Origin: a virus
Length of the DNA: 37,793 bases
Virus record (IMG/VR): IMGVR_UViG_3300028584_000490
Span: 1-37,793 of that record
Strand: one strand, 5' to 3'
Of this stretch, positions 1 through 6,830 are shown piece by piece. How positions within the stretch are numbered: the first letter of the stretch is position 1; every line of letters starts with the position of its first letter. A model generated the notes under the pieces. The model did not search any database. It saw only the letters and a program-made list of their open reading frames with translations, and was not told where the DNA came from. The position numbers and the translations under genes are program-made.

Positions 1-237
1 ACAGATACTGAAAGAGCTTTATTTAATGCTAGTAAGTTTTCACGAATGGTAGTATCTAGCGTTGCTGGCGCAAGTAATTATGTCCAAAAAGTTCAGGCAA
101 TAGAGGATGTAACAAAACTTGCTGGTAAAACAGTAACATTGTCATTTTGGGCTAAAGCTGATAGTAATAAAAATATAGCTATTGCTTTTAGACAATTTTT
201 TGGGAGTGGAGGCACTCCATCAGTACAAGTTGCTGGC
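1..237. repeat. Terminal direct repeat, left copy (identical to 37557-37793); signature of a circular or circularly permuted 37,556 bp replicon
   Basis: Read directly: bases 1-237 (acagatactgaaagagc...caagttgctggc) recur base for base at 37557-37793, and one reading frame continues across the junction. Confidence 0.95.
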
Positions 238-759
238 ATAGGTGTTCAGCTAGTTGCTTTAACAACTGCTTGGCAGAAAAAAACTCTCACAATTACACTA
301 CCATCAATAGTGGGTAAGTCTATAGGGACAAATGGAGTACATACCTCAGGAGTAGCATTAGATATTATATATGAGTGTGGGACAACTTTATCACCAAGCT
401 GGGTAAATCTAGGACAGCAATCAGGAACATTCGACATAGCTCAAGTTAAACTTGAAGATGGCTCAGTAGCAACTGATGGATGGTATCCGTATGATGGCGA
501 GTTTGGTGGAGAGATTCAGGCTTGTCAGAGGTATTATGAAAAAGTTACAGTAGTACACGCTACCTCCCCATCTACTACATTTCAAACTAGCTCTTTTAGT
601 GTTGTAAAAAGAATTGTTCCTTCATCATTAGCAGCTGTACAGCTTTCAGGCAGTGGTATGCCTACTATAGCAGGGACTGGCGATAATATTTCGTTTTACC
701 AAAATAGTTCTCCTAGTGCATTAGGGACTATGCTTGTAACTGCATCAGCAGAATTATAA
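1..759 (+). CDS. Tail fibre protein, 3' part (C-terminal receptor-binding region); continuation of 36252..37793
   Basis: Codon phase at base 1 matches the frame entering 37557. It is open from base 1 to TAA 757-759. The track lists only the internal Met at 46. Confidence 0.85.
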   Translation, partial: TDTERALFNASKFSRMVVSSVAGASNYVQKVQAIEDVTKLAGKTVTLSFWAKADSNKNIAIAFRQFFGSGGTPSVQVAGIGVQLVALTTAWQKKTLTITLPSIVGKSIGTNGVHTSGVALDIIYECGTTLSPSWVNLGQQSGTFDIAQVKLEDGSVATDGWYPYDGEFGGEIQACQRYYEKVTVVHATSPSTTFQTSSFSVVKRIVPSSLAAVQLSGSGMPTIAGTGDNISFYQNSSPSALGTMLVTASAEL

Positions 760-769
760 AGGATAATAA

Positions 770-1168
770 ATGTATAAATTAACACAAAACAAGAACTATG
801 TACAAGACCTATCATTTACAGATGGTTATAAAATCATAAGCATAGAGTCAGAAGAATACAAGCAATGGCTATCTGAAGGTAATACTCCTGAACCTGAATT
901 TACAGAAGCAGAACTAGCACAACAGCTAGAGGATGCTAAGCCTAAAACTGTGACTATGCGACAGGCTCGTCTAGCTTTACTTCAAGCTGGGCTATTAGCA
1001 ACTGTTGATACTGCTATTGCTAACGGTAGCGATGAAGCGATGAAGATTGAATGGGACTACGCAACTTCTATTGAACGTAATTGGTCAAGCCTTATCGCTC
1101 TCACTACTGCTATGGGTATGACAAGTGAACAACTAGACGATTTATTTCTATCGGCTAGTACTCTATGA
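770..1168 (+). CDS. Tail-fibre-associated protein, DUF4376-like (132 aa)
   Basis: It lies immediately downstream of the tail fibre. The C-terminal half (TVTMRQARLALLQAGLL...IEWDYATSIERNWSSLIAL...SEQLDDLFLSAS) resembles, from memory, the DUF4376 pattern found beside phage fibre genes. Not verified by HMM. Confidence 0.5.
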   Translation: MYKLTQNKNYVQDLSFTDGYKIISIESEEYKQWLSEGNTPEPEFTEAELAQQLEDAKPKTVTMRQARLALLQAGLLATVDTAIANGSDEAMKIEWDYATSIERNWSSLIALTTAMGMTSEQLDDLFLSASTL

Positions 1169-1788
1169 AATACCTAGAATACACATCAATCCTACTATTC
1201 ACACTCTTCCGTAAGGTATTCGGGCTAGTATGGATATACGTAGCACTACCATTTCGTAAGTATGCTAGAAACACTGTGTACAACTATGTGCTACAAAACG
1301 GTGTATATCTGCAACGGTTGCTAGAGCGTGGTGTTAATGAGTATGAGAAGTTCTATACCATCAGTCCTTATCATGGCAGCAAAGGTGGATACATCAAGAA
1401 ACGTAAGGTGTCTTGGATTGAGTACAAGCTAGTCTATTGGTTGATATGGGGCTGGAATGATGATGATTGTAACGATGATACGTTTGACTTTGGTCATGTA
1501 GTTAGACTACGTGGTGAAGGTTGGTTTTGGGTATGGTTGCTCAAAGGTGCAGAACGTAAAGCATACGGCAATACGTTTGACCTAGGCGATAACATTGTAA
1601 GTAACTTTCACTTTGGTGCTACTACTCAATGGACTTGGAGAAATACTGCTTACAATTTCCGTTACTTCCAATACGAGAAGAGTCCTACTGATAAGAATTT
1701 GTTTCTACTGAGTATCGGGAGTTATAAGTTTGGTTGGGTTAAGGATGAAGATAAAGATAATTATAGCTTAGCTTTTGGTGGTGTGTGA
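1165..1788 (+). CDS. Hypothetical Trp-rich protein with N-terminal hydrophobic anchor (207 aa)
   Basis: ATGA overlap with the upstream gene. The N-terminus YTSILLFTLFRKVFGLVWIYVALPF is hydrophobic, and there are many W/F/Y residues. No family recognised. Confidence 0.55.
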   Translation: MKYLEYTSILLFTLFRKVFGLVWIYVALPFRKYARNTVYNYVLQNGVYLQRLLERGVNEYEKFYTISPYHGSKGGYIKKRKVSWIEYKLVYWLIWGWNDDDCNDDTFDFGHVVRLRGEGWFWVWLLKGAERKAYGNTFDLGDNIVSNFHFGATTQWTWRNTAYNFRYFQYEKSPTDKNLFLLSIGSYKFGWVKDEDKDNYSLAFGGV

Positions 1789-1997
1789 TGTGGAAGAAGC
1801 TACTCATCATTGACGTTTGGATTAACCGTAAGGTATTTAGAGGTCAAGAGGAAACTATGTCAGACCGTATGGGTGAGAACCTACTAGAGAAAGACTATGG
1901 GTGTTGCAAGTGGAGAGTAGTGGTGTGCAAGGTGTTGAGCTGGATTGATCCACGTAAGGGTAATCATTGTGTAGAAAGTGTAGAAAAAATTGATTAA
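1785..1997 (+). CDS. Hypothetical small Cys-containing protein (70 aa)
   Basis: Overlaps the upstream stop (GTGATG). Cys pairs CC...C...HC are present. No family recognised. Confidence 0.45.
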   Translation: MMWKKLLIIDVWINRKVFRGQEETMSDRMGENLLEKDYGCCKWRVVVCKVLSWIDPRKGNHCVESVEKID

Positions 1998-2006
1998 GGG
2001 TTTATT

Positions 2007-2408
2007 ATGTATGCACTAGGAAAAGTTGAACTTGCTATATCGGAACACGCTGTTACTCTAGGTATTCTAGTTAATAGCGTTGGGAAGATTGAGGGCTTTA
2101 TGGAAGAGTCCGTTAAAGGGCAAATGAGACAAGAAGTGCTACTAGAAAAACTCGCAAACTTTGAAGCGAATACTAAGACTAGCTTTGATCGTGCTCATGC
2201 AAGAATAGACAAATTGGAAGCCGACATTACACTAAAAGAAAAATCAATGCGTGACCATATTGAAAGTATTGAGCCTATGGCAACTAATGGTGATCGGGTT
2301 CATAGTGGAATAGTATTTACTGCAAAAGCGTTGAGTGGTTTAGTTTTAACGATGTTGTTTGGGTTGGTTATTTGGGCTATTCAAGCATCAAATTATAAGG
2401 GGCAATAA
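2007..2408 (+). CDS. Coiled-coil protein with C-terminal transmembrane helix (133 aa); possible lysis-associated membrane protein
   Basis: The C-terminal segment GIVFTAKALSGLVLTMLFGLVIWAIQA is a predicted TM helix. The gene abuts the endolysin gene (TAATG overlap). Confidence 0.5.
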   Translation: MYALGKVELAISEHAVTLGILVNSVGKIEGFMEESVKGQMRQEVLLEKLANFEANTKTSFDRAHARIDKLEADITLKEKSMRDHIESIEPMATNGDRVHSGIVFTAKALSGLVLTMLFGLVIWAIQASNYKGQ

Positions 2409-2857
2409 TGCAAGGGTTTCACAAAAATTTCACGTTTGAAGAGTTGACAAACACAAACCATAAGAGCCTATTGGCTCAAAATATCAAAGAAGCTGTCAAG
2501 TATCAAAACGCTGGTAAACGACTGTCAAAGCTGTTGGGCAGTATCCGTGAAGCGTATGGGTTTCCTATCTCTATTACAAGCGGATTTCGCTGTCCTACTC
2601 TCAATGTTGCTATCGGTAGCAAAGCTAAGTCGTCGGCTCATTTACGGTTTGAGGCTGCTGATTGTATTCCCGTTGGCAAAGACTTCAAGCACTTCTTTAA
2701 ATGGCTCAATGAGCATAGCGAACAATTCCACGATCTACGCAAAGCTATTATCGAACATCACAAAGGGATTGTACATATCGAAGTGAAGATGGATGTGGAT
2801 GAGCCACAAGTGTTTTACACCACGAATGACAACGTACATTTTGAGGCGGTGGTGTGA
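2408..2857 (+). CDS. Endolysin, peptidase M15 (Zn D-Ala-D-Ala carboxypeptidase-like) family
   Basis: ITSGFRCPTLNVAIGSKAKSSAHLRFEAADCIP followed by GIVHIEV gives the His-Asp-His metal triad pattern of M15_3-type phage endolysins. The gene sits directly upstream of the holin and spanins. Confidence 0.8.
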   Translation: MQGFHKNFTFEELTNTNHKSLLAQNIKEAVKYQNAGKRLSKLLGSIREAYGFPISITSGFRCPTLNVAIGSKAKSSAHLRFEAADCIPVGKDFKHFFKWLNEHSEQFHDLRKAIIEHHKGIVHIEVKMDVDEPQVFYTTNDNVHFEAVV

Positions 2858-3057
2858 TGAAAAAGCTATCAGATAGTGTTCGTCCAATCCTAACATACCT
2901 CTTTGCTGTTTTATATATTGTAGTGAGTACATGGGGGGTATGGATTGGTAAGATTGAGTTTCAAATCTACTTTGCACAAGTTGGCACAATGGTGGGGATG
3001 ATGGTATCGTTTTGGTTTGGTGAAAAATCAGCTTTGAAAGACCCAAGGGGGGAATAG
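2854..3057 (+). CDS. Holin candidate (67 aa, two TM helices, charged C-terminus)
   Basis: Two predicted TM helices (PILTYLFAVLYIVVSTWGVWI and FAQVGTMVGMMVSFWF), then EKSALKDPRGE. It overlaps the endolysin stop (GTGATGA) and lies between the endolysin and the spanins. Confidence 0.7.
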   Translation: MMKKLSDSVRPILTYLFAVLYIVVSTWGVWIGKIEFQIYFAQVGTMVGMMVSFWFGEKSALKDPRGE

Positions 3058-3059
3058 AT

Positions 3060-3404
3060 ATGGAGCCTATAACATGGATTACGTTTTTAAAGAGATATTG
3101 GAAATTAGCTTTGGTCTTTGTTGTCTTATCGCTATTATCTATTTCACTGGTATGGATGATGATCTCAAACATTAATTTACAAGCTGATAATAGGGTGCTT
3201 AAATCTGAACTACTAAGTATTACTTCACAGTTGGAACAAAGCGCCAAAGAATATGAAACGGCTATGAATGAGTACACAAACAATATTCAAAAAATAAACA
3301 CGGTGTATTTGGATCGTGTGAAAACTATCTATAACATACAAGGAGATAACGATGCGAATGATTGTAATGACACTGCTTTTGTCCTCAATAGTATTGAGTA
3401 TTAG
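3060..3404 (+). CDS. i-spanin (Rz-like; N-terminal TM helix plus coiled coil)
   Basis: N-terminal TM helix WKLALVFVVLSLLSISLVWMMI, then a helical periplasmic region. The lipoprotein gene overlaps its 3' end in another frame. Confidence 0.7.
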   Translation: MEPITWITFLKRYWKLALVFVVLSLLSISLVWMMISNINLQADNRVLKSELLSITSQLEQSAKEYETAMNEYTNNIQKINTVYLDRVKTIYNIQGDNDANDCNDTAFVLNSIEY

Positions 3405-3585
3405 CGGATGTTTTGGCTGTGAGCCACAAGTGATCAAGTGCGTCACGCCACGCGTAGAAAAGCCCATCGTGAGCAATAAGCTCTATGAGGATAGTTTTCA
3501 GGGTGCGAAGCAGTGCGCTATGAATTACTATGCTATGAAGAAGTATGCGGAACTGTTGGAAGAAGCGAATGGGGTTTGTCGTTAA
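3352..3585 (+). CDS. o-spanin (Rz1-like outer-membrane lipoprotein), overlapping the i-spanin by 53 nt
   Basis: Signal peptide MRMIVMTLLLSSIVLSISG followed by Cys (lipobox I-S-G-C). It is a small protein and shows the classic overlapped spanin arrangement. Confidence 0.75.
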   Translation: MRMIVMTLLLSSIVLSISGCFGCEPQVIKCVTPRVEKPIVSNKLYEDSFQGAKQCAMNYYAMKKYAELLEEANGVCR

Positions 3586-3600
3586 AAACAATCCTATATC
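3581..3600 (+). promoter_or_regulatory. Late-block motif copy a (GTTAAAAACAATCCTATATC)
   Basis: One of four related intergenic motifs. It spans the o-spanin stop and ends 35 nt before ATG 3636. Confidence 0.5.
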
Positions 3601-3635
3601 TATGCAAAAATAGTGAAAATAGATAAAGGGTATAG

Positions 3636-3950
3636 ATGAGTTTGCGCAAGATCATATCACGCTCTAAAATCGCTATCTCAAAAGCGCAACAATCCGCTGG
3701 TGTCGCTGTGCCGGATCTCGCTAATCGTGTTACGGCACTGGAACAAGAAGATCAGGCAATCAATACGGATATTACTGCTTTGCAAGGGGTTGATACTACC
3801 CACGGCAATGCTATTACTGCACTACAAAACTACAATACTACCGGATACACTGGCACTATCACTCTTGTCGCTACGGTGAATTTTGTGGCGCAAACACTCA
3901 CTACTAAAACACTCACTTATCTCAATGGAAAATTAACGGAGGTCGTATAA
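3636..3950 (+). CDS. Hypothetical late protein (104 aa, coiled-coil then beta-rich)
   Basis: Clean ORF with SD AAAGGG upstream. Heptad-like segment VTALEQEDQAINTDITALQGVDTTHGNAITALQ. Function unknown. Confidence 0.5.
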   Translation: MSLRKIISRSKIAISKAQQSAGVAVPDLANRVTALEQEDQAINTDITALQGVDTTHGNAITALQNYNTTGYTGTITLVATVNFVAQTLTTKTLTYLNGKLTEVV

Positions 3951-3951
3951 T

Positions 3952-4464
3952 ATGGCAAGTATCGCAAGCACTGATGAGGGGATCACCGGGGTTAAACCTA
4001 GTTATCAAGATCCATTACTGGATACGTTTCGTGAGCTGATGGATGCAGCTAGAACATTTTGCGTCGAAGAGCGTGATGCTGGACGTATTACCCATAAAGA
4101 GTACGCAATGCTGTATTTGCAGACATTGCAAACGTGCATCACAACATCGGCACAGTTAGCGCGTGATGCTGCTGAGCAAGATTTTAAGGTTGCAAATTTA
4201 TTGGATCTTGATAAACAGATCAAAGAGCAACAAGTCAAGCAGCTCAAAGTCGAAGTGGCGCTGAAAACGACGCAAAAAAATCAGATCGAGCAATCGGTGT
4301 ATGATAATAGGCTCATCAAGATCGAGGGCGATTTGGCGGATATGACGGGGATGATCCTCAATGGTGGAACGCAAGCGGTTCCCGCTGGATTGGCAACAAG
4401 TCTCACTAATGCTATCGCTACGCTGGTGGCGATCCCTAAAGAAACTGTGACTATTGAGGCATAA
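3952..4464 (+). CDS. Hypothetical late protein (170 aa)
   Basis: Tightly packed after 3636..3950 (TAATATG). No motif recognised. Confidence 0.5.
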   Translation: MASIASTDEGITGVKPSYQDPLLDTFRELMDAARTFCVEERDAGRITHKEYAMLYLQTLQTCITTSAQLARDAAEQDFKVANLLDLDKQIKEQQVKQLKVEVALKTTQKNQIEQSVYDNRLIKIEGDLADMTGMILNGGTQAVPAGLATSLTNAIATLVAIPKETVTIEA

Positions 4465-4466
4465 TC

Positions 4467-5582
4467 ATGGCTGATATAAGTTATGGTGGCGGCGGTGGAG
4501 GCGGTGGGTATTATCCTCCGAGTTTTGATCCTAATAACCCGATGGGTGGTGGCGGTGGCGGTGCTATCCCCGTATTAAGTCCTGAGCAGCAAGCTTATGT
4601 AAATAATCTATCGTATGCTGTTTCTCATGTAAGTACCCTTGATCCCTCTTTTAACTCAGATTATTTTTCTAGTAATTTTAATGCTCAAAACCCCTATACT
4701 CAATATTATGATGCTACGGCTGCAAATACTCTTGCAAGTGTTTATTATAATATAGGATCTTATGGGAATGAATATCATATTATAGGATATACCTATTCAA
4801 ATGTTCATGGGAAAGACTATATTGATCCAATATATCGTGTTTATGATAATGCTTTTAAACAATTTGAAGCCGCTACTACCTCCGCTCAAAACACCTATTT
4901 ACAGCAACAAACAGATGCCAATAATGCTGCGATTGATGAGGGTCAGGATCTCTATGTTAAATCGTTTGGTAATATTAAAAACCCCTCGATCAAAAGCGAC
5001 ATCGCTACACTCTCGCAACTCAAAGAGCTTTACTCACAGCTGCAATTTCAGCAAGACATCACGCAATATCTCAACCGTGTACCGGATGTCAATAATATCA
5101 ATCAAATGCTTGATTTGGAAAATCGTATCAAGAACATGGAAAGTAATCTCTCTAAGGAGCTAATGGATTATTGGCGGCAGCAAGAGATCCTTAAGAAAAA
5201 AGAGAATGAATTTTTTACGTGGGATTTTAATTGGTTATCTGATCCTTATTTTGGAAAAGGTGGTGGAGCTGGGCAGCAGTTATATCAACTCTATTTGCAG
5301 CAAGAGCAATTTTTGGCAAATAACAACTCGATGATCTCGGATGGATCGATCTATGATTGGATGGCGGGGGGAATATATCTAAATTCAGTTATGCCAGGTG
5401 GTGATCTAAGCGCTCCGTATATGCCCAATGATTATTACAGTGTAGGGCTGCAATATCAAGTTACGGGGACGGATCTCAATGAGGGTTCAAAGATACTCGA
5501 TCCTTGGAGTTCTATGGCTGGGGGTGCATCGTTTGGGTTAAACTCTAGCAGTCGTGCAGCATATCAAGTGTTGGAGTTGTGA
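4467..5582 (+). CDS. Low-complexity late protein (371 aa): poly-Gly N-terminus, N/Q/Y-rich body
   Basis: MADISYGGGGGGGGYYPPSFDPNNPMGGGGGGA followed by N/Q/Y-rich sequence (QNPYTQYYDA, QQLYQLYLQQEQFLANNNS). It sits in the late block. Confidence 0.55.
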   Translation: MADISYGGGGGGGGYYPPSFDPNNPMGGGGGGAIPVLSPEQQAYVNNLSYAVSHVSTLDPSFNSDYFSSNFNAQNPYTQYYDATAANTLASVYYNIGSYGNEYHIIGYTYSNVHGKDYIDPIYRVYDNAFKQFEAATTSAQNTYLQQQTDANNAAIDEGQDLYVKSFGNIKNPSIKSDIATLSQLKELYSQLQFQQDITQYLNRVPDVNNINQMLDLENRIKNMESNLSKELMDYWRQQEILKKKENEFFTWDFNWLSDPYFGKGGGAGQQLYQLYLQQEQFLANNNSMISDGSIYDWMAGGIYLNSVMPGGDLSAPYMPNDYYSVGLQYQVTGTDLNEGSKILDPWSSMAGGASFGLNSSSRAAYQVLEL

Positions 5583-5636
5583 AAAGCAATCTCATTGGTA
5601 CGATAAGATAGTAGTAATTTATAGTAGGAGTGTATT

Positions 5637-5936
5637 ATGGGTGAGCAAAGCTGGTATAGCGGATTGGGTGATTGGTTTGGCAATGCTGCCTCCGGTGCTA
5701 AATCATGGCTTGGAGATGGTAAGAATTTGGCTGGGCTTGGTCAGATTGTTGGAGGGCTGGGCGGTGCTTATGCTGCTAATGAGCAAAGCAAAGCCGCTAA
5801 AGCTATGTTGGACTTGCAAAAGCAATCTTTTTATGATGAGAAAGATCGTCGCAAAAAAACACAACTCACGCTAGATGATGCGTTTAATACAGCTGTTCCA
5901 CTCGTCCCGGCTCCTAAACTAACACTGGGGGCATAA
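5637..5936 (+). CDS. Small glycine-zipper protein (99 aa)
   Basis: GLGDWFGNAASGAKSWLGDGKNLAGLGQIVGGLGGAYAA. SD TAGGAG lies upstream of ATG 5637. Confidence 0.55.
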   Translation: MGEQSWYSGLGDWFGNAASGAKSWLGDGKNLAGLGQIVGGLGGAYAANEQSKAAKAMLDLQKQSFYDEKDRRKKTQLTLDDAFNTAVPLVPAPKLTLGA

Positions 5937-5937
5937 G

Positions 5938-6777
5938 ATGGCTGGTGGTGCAATATTGGATCTTAACCCCTCTCTCATCGGGTATTTGGGCGGGTATGGA
6001 CGTGCGGCAAAATCTATCGGTGATTCGATGGTGGGTGTTGGGCAGTTACAGTTGGACGATAAAAAACGTATTGAAGATGAGCGGATACGAAATGCGACAC
6101 TGAATCTCGCTACTAATGCGGATAAGAGAGCGCAAGATGCTCAGGATTATACGAAGCAGAGAGATTTTGAGACAAAGAATGATAAGTTTAATTCTAATGC
6201 TGCTAATAATGCTTTTTTACTAGGGCAGGATATGCCCCAAGAGATGAGCAATGAGTATGCAAAACTTTCACTGATCGATCCAGCGACTACGGCTGCGATG
6301 CTCAAAAGTGATAAAGAGAAATATGCCGGAACTGCTGGGGGTATAATCTTCAACACTGGAACGGGTGCTATCGCCGGGGATTATCGGGATAAATCAGATA
6401 GCAGCGGGTTTGGCGGCAAAGGTGTTACTCATGTCGATACAATCCAGGGCGGTAAAGTAATGCGTACTTTTATGAACCCAACAACCGGAGAGACTAAGAG
6501 CATTGTAGTCGGTGGGACTCCTACGGGTGTTTATGGGATGCAAGTAGCGGATGGTATTGGGGATGGTAATACAGCGCAGCGACCTAAGATCACTAATACT
6601 ACCACTCAGGAGATTGGCGGTACTAATGTGATGGCAAAGGGCGGTATGCCGATCACATTTGCTAAAGATCCTAAGATCGCAGCGGAGCAAAAGAAGTGGG
6701 CATTGCCTATCGAGGGCGGTGGCTACTATGTGCCTCGTGATATGACGGCTGCTTATAAGAAAGCATTTCCGCGTTAA
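5938..6777 (+). CDS. Hypothetical Gly-rich late protein (279 aa)
   Basis: ATG follows the upstream stop by one base (TAAGATG). Gly-rich segments are present. No family recognised. Confidence 0.55.
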   Translation: MAGGAILDLNPSLIGYLGGYGRAAKSIGDSMVGVGQLQLDDKKRIEDERIRNATLNLATNADKRAQDAQDYTKQRDFETKNDKFNSNAANNAFLLGQDMPQEMSNEYAKLSLIDPATTAAMLKSDKEKYAGTAGGIIFNTGTGAIAGDYRDKSDSSGFGGKGVTHVDTIQGGKVMRTFMNPTTGETKSIVVGGTPTGVYGMQVADGIGDGNTAQRPKITNTTTQEIGGTNVMAKGGMPITFAKDPKIAAEQKKWALPIEGGGYYVPRDMTAAYKKAFPR

Positions 6778-6779
6778 TC

Positions 6780-6798
6780 GTTAAAACCCATCCTATAC
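6780..6798 (+). promoter_or_regulatory. Late-block motif copy b (GTTAAAACCCATCCTATAC)
   Basis: Identical over 19 nt to 32084-32102. It begins 3 nt after stop 6775-6777 and ends 32 nt before ATG 6831. Confidence 0.55.
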
Positions 6799-6830
6799 AG
6801 CGGGTACACTAAGAAAAAAAAGGTGTACTC

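Noticed and set aside
1-237. Interpreting the 237-bp terminal repeat as a biological direct terminal repeat of a linear virion genome
   Set aside because: The repeat falls in the middle of the tail-fibre coding sequence with perfect frame continuity. That pattern is what an assembler produces for a circular or circularly permuted molecule. It cannot be fully excluded without read-end analysis.
4801-5874. Alternate-frame ORFs 4801..5163 (120 aa) and 5554..5874 (106 aa)
   Set aside because: They overlap better-supported genes (4467..5582, and 5637..5936 with its SD TAGGAG). Their translations are hydrophobic/low-complexity, with no start signals.
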